A stretch of 64,000 nt of DNA from an uncultured Lachnospiraceae bacterium. GTDB taxonomy: Bacteria > Bacillota > Clostridia > Lachnospirales > Lachnospiraceae. Every line of letters begins with the position of its first letter. Position 1 is the stretch's first letter. The DNA is taken from positions 40,601 through 104,600 of the forward strand of contig CACZBZ010000002.1 in NCBI GenBank assembly GCA_902779505.1, read 5' to 3'. Under the pieces are notes generated by a model. The model was not told the DNA's origin and made no database searches. It saw only the letters and a program-made list of their open reading frames with translations. The translations under genes and the position numbers were made by a program. This document shows positions 33,232 through 43,100 of this stretch, piece after piece.

Positions 33232-35109
33232 TTATTTCTTCGACATCTCTATCAAACGCCTTATGATGTATTTTGCTCCCACTTCGGCACTGCTGCCGAT
33301 GTTATAGAGATATTTGTCTCTTATGGCTTCGATTGATTCCTTCTTAAAGCTGTTGTCCGTAAGAAGTTTGTTCACCACTTCATTTATCGTATCAATCTTA
33401 TCTGTGTCGATTGACTGTCCTATCTGATTACGTACCACAATATCAAAAGGTTCGATTCCTATCTCTTCATAATCCGGATTCATAACCTTCATAGGTGTAT
33501 TGATAAAGAGCGTCGGCTTCAATGTTGTAAATGAATACTCAAAAGCAATTCCCGACCAATCTGTGATCATAATATCCGCATCATATACCGTACTGTTAGA
33601 CGAAAAATCAGTCTGAAGCTCAAAGTTCGAATGACTCTCGTATTTTGCCCTGAGTGCCTCAAGCCTGTCAGCGTAATGTCTCACATACTGAGGATGTGGT
33701 CTTACTATGATGTGATGTTCAAGTTTAAGAAGCTCCTCAAGCATCTCATCGATGCACAGATCCATTATATTATCCGGCTGCCATGAAGGTGCGATAAGGA
33801 TATTGGCCTTTTCACCTTTGACATGCTCTTCCGATTCGTAAGCTTTTATCATGTTATCAAGCAGAGAATAACCCACTTTAACAAGATTCTTTTCTTTTAA
33901 TGAATATGTCTTCTCCTGAGCCCTGATCTCCTCAAAAGCAAGATCATTGGGTATGAAGATTGTATCAAAATGATCCAGCGCATGTTTTCTGTAGCTTAAG
34001 TTTACATCCCCCATGGCATGATCTACATATACATATTCAACGTCATCTCTGACGATTGATCTCTTGATGTGATACTTCTGCAGATCAGGAGTTGTCATCA
34101 CTACCATATCTGCATCCATCTTCATCATAAGAACTATAAGCTTGTTCTCGCCGATGTAATATACTCTGAAATTCTCACTCTCTTTTTCAAAAACAGCGTC
34201 TGCGGGATCACCTGTTATATAGTGAATGGTGATATCAGTCTTTTTCAGAATATATTCAATGATATCCTTAAAGTACTTATAAAAACCGTTACGTTCCGAA
34301 TAGAAGACTATCTGCTTGTTGCCGTACTGCTCAAATCTCTTATAGTCTCTCTTTTCTCTGGCCAATATTTCCTTATCGACCACTTTCTTGGCACTTGTTG
34401 AAGCCTTTACTACCTTATCAAGCTCCTGCTTGCTTTCTTCAAGTGCCTTGTAATCAATATGCTTTTTCGGGCTGATGCATGCATTCAGCAGATAAAGCTG
34501 AAGAATGGACAGTATATTACCTGCTATCCAGTAGAGACCTACACCTGCCGTAACAAAGAAGCCAAGGTAAAGCGACAGACCTACGGATATGGTAAGCGTG
34601 ATTATCTGATTCGCCTTACTCTGCTCAGACTGAAGCACGTTTGATCTGTTCTGAGCAATACACATAAGCAAAGCTGACAGTGCTGCAATAAGGGGAACAA
34701 GTATGGATATTCCAAGGGCTTTTCCGGGAATAACACCGAAGTCCATTCCAAGGAAGTATGTGTCAGCCACCTGAAGCTTCTTCAATCCCTCAACCACACC
34801 CATAAGGACTACAAGCTGAACAATTACGGGAACCAGATCCAGCATGGGATGATAATTCTCTTTTTTATAGAGCTTATAATTCTCTTCTGAGATAAGATCT
34901 TTGCTTCCGTAGTACTTTGCCTTTATTCGGTTCATATCCGGATACATCTTAACCATCTTTATTGAATTAAGCTGAACCATGATGGATATGGGAAGGAGAA
35001 TTATCTTTGTAAGCAGTGTAAAAAGAATAATTGCCCAACCGTAACTTGGTATGATCTTATAACACAGTTCAATCAGATATCCGAAAACAGTACCTATAAC
35101 ACCAATCAT
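33232..35109 (-). CDS. Fusion: N-terminal YidC/Oxa1 insertase plus C-terminal CDP-glycerol glycerophosphotransferase (TagB/TagF-like) domain
   Basis: YidC motifs YGWAIILFTLLTKIILLP, KLYKKENYHP, GVGLYWIAGNILSILQ; TagF-like motifs ILIAPSW, VRPHP, ADIMITDWSGIAFEY, KPTLF. Confidence 0.88.
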   Translation of the reverse strand: MIGVIGTVFGYLIELCYKIIPSYGWAIILFTLLTKIILLPISIMVQLNSIKMVKMYPDMNRIKAKYYGSKDLISEENYKLYKKENYHPMLDLVPVIVQLVVLMGVVEGLKKLQVADTYFLGMDFGVIPGKALGISILVPLIAALSALLMCIAQNRSNVLQSEQSKANQIITLTISVGLSLYLGFFVTAGVGLYWIAGNILSILQLYLLNACISPKKHIDYKALEESKQELDKVVKASTSAKKVVDKEILAREKRDYKRFEQYGNKQIVFYSERNGFYKYFKDIIEYILKKTDITIHYITGDPADAVFEKESENFRVYYIGENKLIVLMMKMDADMVVMTTPDLQKYHIKRSIVRDDVEYVYVDHAMGDVNLSYRKHALDHFDTIFIPNDLAFEEIRAQEKTYSLKEKNLVKVGYSLLDNMIKAYESEEHVKGEKANILIAPSWQPDNIMDLCIDEMLEELLKLEHHIIVRPHPQYVRHYADRLEALRAKYESHSNFELQTDFSSNSTVYDADIMITDWSGIAFEYSFTTLKPTLFINTPMKVMNPDYEEIGIEPFDIVVRNQIGQSIDTDKIDTINEVVNKLLTDNSFKKESIEAIRDKYLYNIGSSAEVGAKYIIRRLIEMSKK

Positions 35110-35121
35110 AATTGCTAATGA

Positions 35122-35400
35122 TTACTCCTCTTTTGTATCTTCCGACTTAGATTCCTCATCTTCCTCGAAGTGAATCTCTTTCTTCTCTGAGCCGCCTTTT
35201 CCCTTCTTGAAGAAAGCAGCTATCTTGTGTCTGAATACTGTAATTAAAGCACCAAGTGCAATAAGTACACCTGCTACAGCCTGAATTACATATGTAACAG
35301 CCGAAGGGTCAATGTATGCGTGAGCATTGGCAGACATAAGCACCCATCCTGCTGCAAGAAAATACATGAAACTAAGCATTCCGTAAACTATTTTTTTCAT
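35122..35400 (-). CDS. Small membrane protein: signal peptide, YIDP motif, one TM helix, basic then acidic tail
   Basis: GGAGG RBS; AHA|YIDPS cleavage-like site; in operon between the cytidylyltransferase and the YidC fusion. Confidence 0.8.
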   Translation of the reverse strand: MKKIVYGMLSFMYFLAAGWVLMSANAHAYIDPSAVTYVIQAVAGVLIALGALITVFRHKIAAFFKKGKGGSEKKEIHFEEDEESKSEDTKEE

Positions 35401-35421
35401 TATTATTCCTCCTAAATGTTT

Positions 35422-36315
35422 TTACACATCATATGTTTTATCTATAGCCTTAAGTTCTCTGAAGGTATCAATCTCGATTATATCCTCGGCCTTACATTCA
35501 TCTATTGCCACCTTGTAGTCGTTCTTAAAGACTTTCAAAGGTGTCTGCTCCCAGTAAAGCTCTTTACCTCCGGGCTGCTCATAGGCTTTTTTGATATCTT
35601 TTTCCAGTCTGCTTCCGTCTTCACTGTTCCAGTATGAGATTCCCACCATCTGGTAGCAGTCGACTCCGCCCACTGTCTGCTCGGTAATGATACCATCTTT
35701 CACCTTGAAACACCAGTCATCCGATCTGTCGATCTTAATACCCAAAAATTCCGAAGAATAGTGATATTTCTTAATTATAGCCGGGTTAGATATCAACAGA
35801 TCCGCCTCAAATACATAGGCGTTTTTCAGAAGATGTCTTGCGCACATGGCTGAAGAAATATTGTTAGCCTCATTGTATATGGGGTTTTCCAAAAACTTTA
35901 TCATAGGGTATTTGTATAAAAGCTGATCAAACTGCTCTGCAAGATATCCTCTTACAATATAGATTTCATTGATTCCTGCTTTTACCACCGCATCAAGCAA
36001 GCCGTCTATTATCCTCTGACCGTTGACCCTTACAAGGGGCTTGGGAGTATTGAGGGTGATGGGCACAAGTCTTGATCCGAATCCGGCTGCAATAAAAATA
36101 GCTCTCTTTACTTCATAGGGCTCAAGTGCTTTTTCGCCATTTGAAGTAATCTTGCCGTCTTTTACCAGGCCTTTTTCTTCAAGTTCTTTTATCTTTCGAT
36201 TGATGGTGCTTAGAGAGTGACCCGTCACTTCTTCAAGCTGTCTCTGGCTCACATCATTTTCCGATTCCTTTAATGCAACCAGAACATCAAATTCTTTTTT
36301 ACTTATTTCAGGCAT
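35422..36315 (-). CDS. Winged-HTH plus LicC/PntC-type (phosphonate/phosphocholine) cytidylyltransferase
   Basis: SQRQLEEVTGHSLSTINRKIKELEEKG HTH; AAGFGSRL...TPKPL, NNISS, EIDT NTP-transferase motifs. Confidence 0.88.
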   Translation of the reverse strand: MPEISKKEFDVLVALKESENDVSQRQLEEVTGHSLSTINRKIKELEEKGLVKDGKITSNGEKALEPYEVKRAIFIAAGFGSRLVPITLNTPKPLVRVNGQRIIDGLLDAVVKAGINEIYIVRGYLAEQFDQLLYKYPMIKFLENPIYNEANNISSAMCARHLLKNAYVFEADLLISNPAIIKKYHYSSEFLGIKIDRSDDWCFKVKDGIITEQTVGGVDCYQMVGISYWNSEDGSRLEKDIKKAYEQPGGKELYWEQTPLKVFKNDYKVAIDECKAEDIIEIDTFRELKAIDKTYDV

Positions 36316-36346
36316 ATCAGTTCTCCTGTCTTAATCCCTTCAGCTC

Positions 36347-37465
36347 TTATTTCATAAGTTCTTCCATGAAGTTCTCTTTGTTTTCTTTAGCCGTGGTTGT
36401 AGGTCTTCCGAGATCATCCCTTGCACCCATGGCAGATTTCACTTCAATAAAAGTAAGTTCGCCTGCTTTTTTTGCCTTGGAAAGACAATCAAGCAAGCCC
36501 GCCTTATCATCTGCACTGAATACGTTCTTGTAACCGCAGGACTTTGCTATTCCCACGAGATCCACCTTGGATGCCACGGTAGGCTGTCCTCCCACAGTCT
36601 CATGTGCTCCGTTATTAATGATGATATGAACAATATTCTTCGGAGCATATGCGCCCATAACTGCCATGCTTCCCATGTGCATAAGAGCAGCACCGTCTCC
36701 GTCTATTATCCATACTTTCTTTTTATCATTCTGAAGAGCAATTCCGAGAGCTATGGATGAACTGTGACCCATGGAACCTACAGTCAAAAAGTCATGTCCG
36801 TGTCCCTGATTATTGCCTTCTCTTATCTCAAATAATTCGCGGCTCGCCTTACCTGTAGTGGATACTATGGGATCTTCTCCCGTGAACTCGGTGATCTCCT
36901 TGATGATCTCTTCTCTGGTCATCTTATTGTTATTGCTGTAATCCACTTTACCGTCATACTCAAGGGCCCCCTTGCGTACAACAAAGGCTACCTGCTTTCC
37001 ATTAGCAAGAAGCTCGCTAAATTTTGTCATTGTTTCCTTGATGTCGGATGCAGTTGTTTCCTTGCCGATTACATAGGAAGCAATATCCATATCCTCCAGA
37101 AGTTTTACCGTTACCTCACCCTGATATATGTGCTGAGGTTCATCATGTACTCCGGGTTCTCCTCTCCATCCCACAACAAAGATACAGGGGATTCCGTATA
37201 CCTTGTCATTTAAAAGAGACGCTACGGGGTTGATGATATTGCCTTCACCGCTGTTCTGCATATATACGAGAGGAACCTTTCCCGTTGCGAGATGATATCC
37301 CGCAGCTATGGCGGTACAGTTGCCTTCGTTTGCAGCTATGATGTGATGTTTTCCATCCACACCGTATGTTGCTATCAGATAATTGCAGAGGGCCTTCAAC
37401 TGAGAATCGGGTACTCCCGTATAAAAATCGCAACCCAATACTTCCAATAATTCTTCTACTTTCAT
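36347..37465 (-). CDS. aepY: Phosphonopyruvate decarboxylase
   Basis: GVPDS, AANEG, MQNSGEGN, HDEPQH, GSMGH, DGDGA TPP motif, LGRP. Confidence 0.96.
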   Translation of the reverse strand: MKVEELLEVLGCDFYTGVPDSQLKALCNYLIATYGVDGKHHIIAANEGNCTAIAAGYHLATGKVPLVYMQNSGEGNIINPVASLLNDKVYGIPCIFVVGWRGEPGVHDEPQHIYQGEVTVKLLEDMDIASYVIGKETTASDIKETMTKFSELLANGKQVAFVVRKGALEYDGKVDYSNNNKMTREEIIKEITEFTGEDPIVSTTGKASRELFEIREGNNQGHGHDFLTVGSMGHSSSIALGIALQNDKKKVWIIDGDGAALMHMGSMAVMGAYAPKNIVHIIINNGAHETVGGQPTVASKVDLVGIAKSCGYKNVFSADDKAGLLDCLSKAKKAGELTFIEVKSAMGARDDLGRPTTTAKENKENFMEELMK

Positions 37466-37478
37466 CTAATCCTCCGAA

Positions 37479-38783
37479 CTATATCTCGTCTATCAAAGTG
37501 ATGATATCCTTGATGGACATGAGTCTGTCGTCCACTTCTTTTGCTCTGTGATTCTTAAGAATATCAATGGCTGTCTGCTGCATTGCAGGGAAAGCACTTC
37601 TTGTAAGCTGATTAGCATATATAACGATATTTACTCCGTGTTCAGACAGTTCTTCTTCAGTGATTGTGTTAAATGATGAAGGAACAACAACTATGGGAGT
37701 CGTCGTATCCTCTTTCCTAAATTTGTCACAGAATTCCAATATCTCATCCGGATCCTTCTTTCTGCTGTGGATCATTATTCCGTCCGCTCCGGCCTTGACA
37801 TATGCTCTGGCTCTGTTAAGAGCGTCTTCCATACCCTGCTCAAGAATAAGACTCTCAATTCTTGCTATGATCATAAAATCATCCGTAAGCTGTGCTGCTT
37901 TTCCGGCTGAGATCTTGGCACTGAAATTCTCTATACTGTCCTGAGTCTGAACAACGTCTGTTCCGAAAAGAGAATTCTTCTTTAAGCCTGTCTTGTCCTC
38001 AATGATAACCGCAGACACACCCATTCTCTCAAGGGTTCTTACATTATATACAAAATGCTCTGTCAGTCCGCCCGTATCTCCGTCAAGGATAATGGGCTTG
38101 GTAGTAACTTCCATGATATCGTCTATAGTTCTTAATCTTGAAGACATATCAACAAGTTCGATATCAGGCTTACCCTTTGCCGTACTGTCGCAGAGAGAAC
38201 TTACCCACATTGCATCGAACTGATCCAGACGTCCGTTGTTCTCAACAACTGTCTTCTCTGCTATAAGACCTGTCAGACCGCTGTGAGCTTCGATGGTCTT
38301 AACAACCGGTGTCATGCTGATAAGCTGACGCAGTCTCTTTCTTCTGTATTCGGGCATGGCCAGTTTTTCCCTTGTCTGGGCATCTATCTTGACCACGTTC
38401 TCATTTCTTGTATATGGAACTTCAATCAGTTCTCCGCCGTATTCCTTAAGCAGCTCCACAAGATGCTCTCTTATCATGGCCTCGGGGCCGGTCTTCCAGT
38501 TGTCACCGTGTATTACATAGTCGGGTCTGATAAGACTTACCACGTCATCATACTGCATCTGCTCCTGCACGATGACCTTGTCCACTCCTTCAATACTCTT
38601 GCAAAGTCTTACTCTTTCTTCAAGGGAAATGGTGGGGAACCTGTTGAATCTGATAAGCTCTTCGTCATTAAGAACTCCCACGATCACCTTCCCGTATTTC
38701 TTAGCTTCTTTAATAATATTCAGGTGACCTTCATGGATCACATCTGTACAAAAACATGTGTATACTTTTTTGCTATTTTCCAT
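37479..38783 (-). CDS. aepX: Phosphoenolpyruvate mutase with N-terminal HxGH cytidylyltransferase domain
   Basis: EDKTGLKKNS matches the PepM EDKx5NS signature; N-terminal DVIHEGHLN...HGDNW. Confidence 0.97.
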   Translation of the reverse strand: MENSKKVYTCFCTDVIHEGHLNIIKEAKKYGKVIVGVLNDEELIRFNRFPTISLEERVRLCKSIEGVDKVIVQEQMQYDDVVSLIRPDYVIHGDNWKTGPEAMIREHLVELLKEYGGELIEVPYTRNENVVKIDAQTREKLAMPEYRRKRLRQLISMTPVVKTIEAHSGLTGLIAEKTVVENNGRLDQFDAMWVSSLCDSTAKGKPDIELVDMSSRLRTIDDIMEVTTKPIILDGDTGGLTEHFVYNVRTLERMGVSAVIIEDKTGLKKNSLFGTDVVQTQDSIENFSAKISAGKAAQLTDDFMIIARIESLILEQGMEDALNRARAYVKAGADGIMIHSRKKDPDEILEFCDKFRKEDTTTPIVVVPSSFNTITEEELSEHGVNIVIYANQLTRSAFPAMQQTAIDILKNHRAKEVDDRLMSIKDIITLIDEI

Positions 38784-38792
38784 TTTTCATCC

Positions 38793-39950
38793 TCACTTGG
38801 CATATCTTACAGGCACTGCAATGTTATTGGCCTCTAAGCCTTCCTTCAAAACAACAAAGAAATCTTCTATATCTTTTTCATCAATTGCTCCGAGAGCACA
38901 TAATCTGAAAGTATTTGTGTCCGATACTTTTCCGGGGTAAATTGTGAAGCCCCTTTCGTAACAGTAGTCATGTATCTTTTTGAATGACCAGTTGGGATCA
39001 TCGGGATATATAACAGATACTACGAGGCCTGCCTGAAGTTCTCTCTTAATAAGATCCTTGAATCCGAGTTCTTCAAGTCCCTTATGTATTGCTTCGAATA
39101 CTCTGGTATGTCTTGCCCACTTTGCTTCTTCACCCTCTTTGAAGTACTCATCCAATGCCTGTCTTGTGGCATAGATGGTCTGAACGGGAGGAGTAAAATG
39201 CATCTCTCCGGTTCTTTCGAAGAAGTCATACTGCAGATAGAGATTGCAGTAATAAGATCTCTTGGGATAATCTTTTGATTTTTCTATAATTGCTCTGTTT
39301 CCTATTATGAAAGACAATCCCGTCATGGCCATCAGACCCTTCTGTGCCGATGCCATGCAGAAATCAATGTTGTCCTTTTCTATATCTATAGGTCTCATGG
39401 CAAGAGTAGATGTGGTATCTACTGTGAATACCGCACCGTATTTGTGTACAAGTGCACCAATCTCTCTTATAGGATTGAGAATACCCGTTCCGGTCTCATT
39501 GTGAGTGGTATGTACAAGTTTTATGTCCGGATTCTCTTTAAGTGTCTTTTCTATGACAGCAAGATCAGGCTGCTCATCCAAGGGGAACTTTAAGTCAATG
39601 TGAGGCAATCCGTAATACTCGCATATCTCCACTGCTCTTGTGCTGTATGCTCCGTTATTGACAACAAGCACTTTTCCGCCTTCGGGAAGCAGTGAATTGA
39701 GACATATGTCGATATTGATTGTTCCCGAACCGCAGAAGAGAACCGATGTATGCTTGTCCTTGTCACCATGGACTATCTTTACGAGGTCCTCTCTCAAGTC
39801 CTTCATCATGCCGGCGAATTCTTCTTCTCTGGGGCATATATCCGGAACCACCTGAGCCATCTTAACCGTATCGGTTGTGGTGGAAGGTCCGGGATTAAGA
39901 AGGATATTCCTCTTTATTCCAAGTTCACTTATCTGCTTTTCTGTGTACAT
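38793..39950 (-). CDS. aepZ: 2-aminoethylphosphonate transaminase (PhnW/AepZ family)
   Basis: LLNPGP, NGAY, HNETGTGILNP, SAQK (PLP Lys), FTPP, IYPGK; start MYTEKQ at 39950 after an AGGAG RBS. Confidence 0.92.
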   Translation of the reverse strand: MYTEKQISELGIKRNILLNPGPSTTTDTVKMAQVVPDICPREEEFAGMMKDLREDLVKIVHGDKDKHTSVLFCGSGTINIDICLNSLLPEGGKVLVVNNGAYSTRAVEICEYYGLPHIDLKFPLDEQPDLAVIEKTLKENPDIKLVHTTHNETGTGILNPIREIGALVHKYGAVFTVDTTSTLAMRPIDIEKDNIDFCMASAQKGLMAMTGLSFIIGNRAIIEKSKDYPKRSYYCNLYLQYDFFERTGEMHFTPPVQTIYATRQALDEYFKEGEEAKWARHTRVFEAIHKGLEELGFKDLIKRELQAGLVVSVIYPDDPNWSFKKIHDYCYERGFTIYPGKVSDTNTFRLCALGAIDEKDIEDFFVVLKEGLEANNIAVPVRYAK

Positions 39951-40030
39951 AATCTCTCCTGTCGTTTTTAAGTCTATCTGTTTCATTTTCATAAACGGTA
40001 TGTGATTTTGAAACACAAAACCGCCTCTTT

Positions 40031-40078
40031 TCCTGAAAAAAATAACAAAGATAGTCCTGCGTTTCACAACGCAAGACT
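40031..40078 (-). terminator. Probable terminator after the YfhO-GH20 gene
   Basis: AGTCTTGCGTT-gtga-AACGCAGGACT hairpin followed by a U-rich run on the minus strand. Confidence 0.5.
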
Positions 40079-40133
40079 TCTTTCTTTTTTGGAACACTAT
40101 TCATTTTAACACAATATGATTAAAAATGGTACA

Positions 40134-43100
40134 TCATTCTCTGTTCCAGAGTTTTTCTGATATTACATTTATGGGTTCGCTGAATCTGTCATAGATTCCT
40201 TCATCATCGTGCTCGTAATTGTCATTCCATAATGAATAGCATGCGCCAAGCATTCTGGGGGACCATTCGGCTATCTCCTCATAGACGTCTTCGTCGTAGA
40301 AAAGATTGGGTTCCCATTTTTCCTTAAGGTTATCCATATCCAGTCTGTCGGAACCGCTTCCCACAATGATGTAAAGATTGGAACTCATACAATTGATTAC
40401 GCCGAATCCGCTGTTATAGACTTCCAGGGGATCTGCCCAGAAGGCACTCCATATCATCATCTGCACGTTTTTATCGATTGATGCGGTGTCCATATCATTG
40501 TATGAGACACTGGACCATATTCTTATATCTTTATCCTCTGCCATGGCTTTGACAGATTTACAGAGACTTGCAACATATTTTGAATATGCTTCGTCATCAC
40601 CATAGAACTCATCCGTTCCAAGATGAAGCACATTACAATCTTCAAACAGCGCATCGTCCCCTGTGAGATAGTCTGACCAAAGGCCGGTCGTAAAATCAAG
40701 GACCTCCGGCTTTGATACATCCAACGTATCCGCAAGTTCCGGATAGTCATTATATGCAAGTTCCGGATAGAGTTTTGCGATTGCAAGACTGTGTGCCGGA
40801 GTATCTATCTCCGGAACCACATCGATTCCCACCTTTTTTGCATCCTCTATAAAGGCAGCGAACTCTTCGTTGCTGTAATGGAAGTTGCTTGTCAGATTCT
40901 CTCCTCCCTCGCTTATATCGGATTCAAGTCGGAAAGCGCTGGGAAGTTCTCTGGCACCCTCCACTGTGCCGTCATATTCACTCATGGATATGATTGCATT
41001 GTCGGACAGATGTATCTGGAATGTGTTCATATAATTGTCTGCCAGCAAATCAAGCATCCTGTAGAGCATCTCCATAGGGATCTCTCTTCTTGCCGCATCC
41101 AGAACAAATCCTCTTACGGCGTATTCCGGATAGTCACGGATAGTTCCGCAATCCCAGCTGTCCGCATTTTCATTTATCATGTGACTTAATGTTACTCTTC
41201 CCCAATAGAGGCCTCTGTCATTATTGGCATAGAGTCCTATCTTGTCATTTTCAATCCGGATCTCATAGCCCTCGTCGCCAAGATAATCCAATTCCTTTAC
41301 AGCAACATCAAGAAGGTCGCTGTCCTTTCTTTCCTTAAGGGCCTCTATATCTTTTTCTCTGCCCACGAAAGAAAGCTTTCCGTCTTCTTTTTTCCATTCA
41401 CGTACGCTTGTATCCGAGAATCCGAAGCTATCTCCTTCGTTCTTTTCCGATGCGGGCAGAAGGATATCAAATCCTTTTATATCCCACTCCTGGTATCCAC
41501 AGTAAAGTTCATATCCGAGATTGATCTCCACATCGTCTATGGTATCCGCGAAGGTCTTCTTATCAATGAGCAGATTGTCGTAGTTGATTCCGCCAATCTT
41601 AAGCACATATCCTTCGGGCACTTCGGGAATCGGAATCTGCCTGTTTTTTCCGTCTGTAAGGACAGGCGTCTTTATGACAAAACTGTCACATTCATCATCA
41701 TATACTTCCATTTCGTTGACGGATACGTTCTGATAATAGAGCGAAGCATCTTCTTCATTCTTAGCTACATCCGTAACATGAAGTCTTATGAATCTTCCCT
41801 GAATGCCATCCTCATAATATATGGTCTGGGGATTGGTCTCCGGAGTTTTGTCAAACTCGCTGACTGCTTTCCAGTTCTTTCCGTCATCCGACAGTTCTAT
41901 ATAATAATGTGATGGGTTTGTTCTCTCCCAGAATATCTTGACAGCCTTGATATTTTTTGCAGTTTTGAAGTCTGCCTGCAGATAATGGTCACAGTTATCC
42001 CAGTCATTTACGGATGACCATCTTGAATCCTTACTGTTGTCTCCGTCTGCTGCCTTGGATGCTCTGAAATATCCGCTCTCATCATCCGATGATGAAAGCT
42101 TTACACCCTTATCGTTCATCAGATTGTTACGTCCGATAAGAACATGTATGCCGTCTTCTTCCACAGTCTGATTCAGAAGGGTGTGAACCGAAGAATCTTC
42201 TGCTTTCACAGACTCAAGATATGGCGCTATATCTTTTCCTGCTGCCTTGGCCCCCATGAAAACAAGAAGGCCTATGTTCGGCAGAATATATATGAACAAA
42301 AGAAAGACCAGTGTCGCTGTTATGTAAACCGCTTTTGCAATCCTGTCAAAAACAGGAAGCTTTACAAACAGGAAGCCTAAACCTATTGCTAGGAGAACGC
42401 CAATAAGAGATACCGCGAAACCGGACATTAATCCCGGTACTGAATAGTCAAGTTCCGCGATTTTGCAAGAACCGTCAAGCTCTATTGCCAGCAGTCCTCC
42501 CAGGTGTTCCGTAACCTTACCCTGAGGCGACTCCCACCCTTTGACATAGGCCATGGGTAAAAGTATCAATCCGGTCATTTCACCATCGGATTGAACAGTT
42601 ACATGACCCTTTTTATTATCAAAAAGCATACTGACCGGTTGCTTCTCTTCAAGAAGTTCCGAATAATCGCTGACGGTCCTTATATCACCGTATTCCTCTT
42701 TTGATACTACGATTGCTCCCGTGTACTCTCCGTCAAGCCCAAGCAGCCTGTCACTGAGACTGCTTCCGCCATATGAAGTCACGGATATCCATGGGGTCTC
42801 GTATCCCAGGTTATTCATCGTGCTTACGTATTCCTTGCTTTCTCCGGAAGGAACATAGGCTGACATTGAATATTCGCCGCTTATAAGCGCTTTATTCAGA
42901 GGCTGACCTTCAATTTCTCTAATATGTCCTTTGTATTCGCTCTCTTCATCAACCGAATACAGGCTGTTCATCTGACGATAGTTATCTTCATTCAACTGTC
43001 TTGCTTCCGAAGTCTGAGGGAAGAAAACCAGCATAAACCATACGGCTCCCATAAGAGCTGAAAGGAATGTAATCTTTATTTCAGAGATCCTGTCTCTTGC

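Noticed and set aside
39951-40097. 49-aa N-terminal extension or leader peptide on aepZ
   Set aside because: Runs through a terminator-like hairpin; a good AGGAG RBS precedes the ATG at 39950
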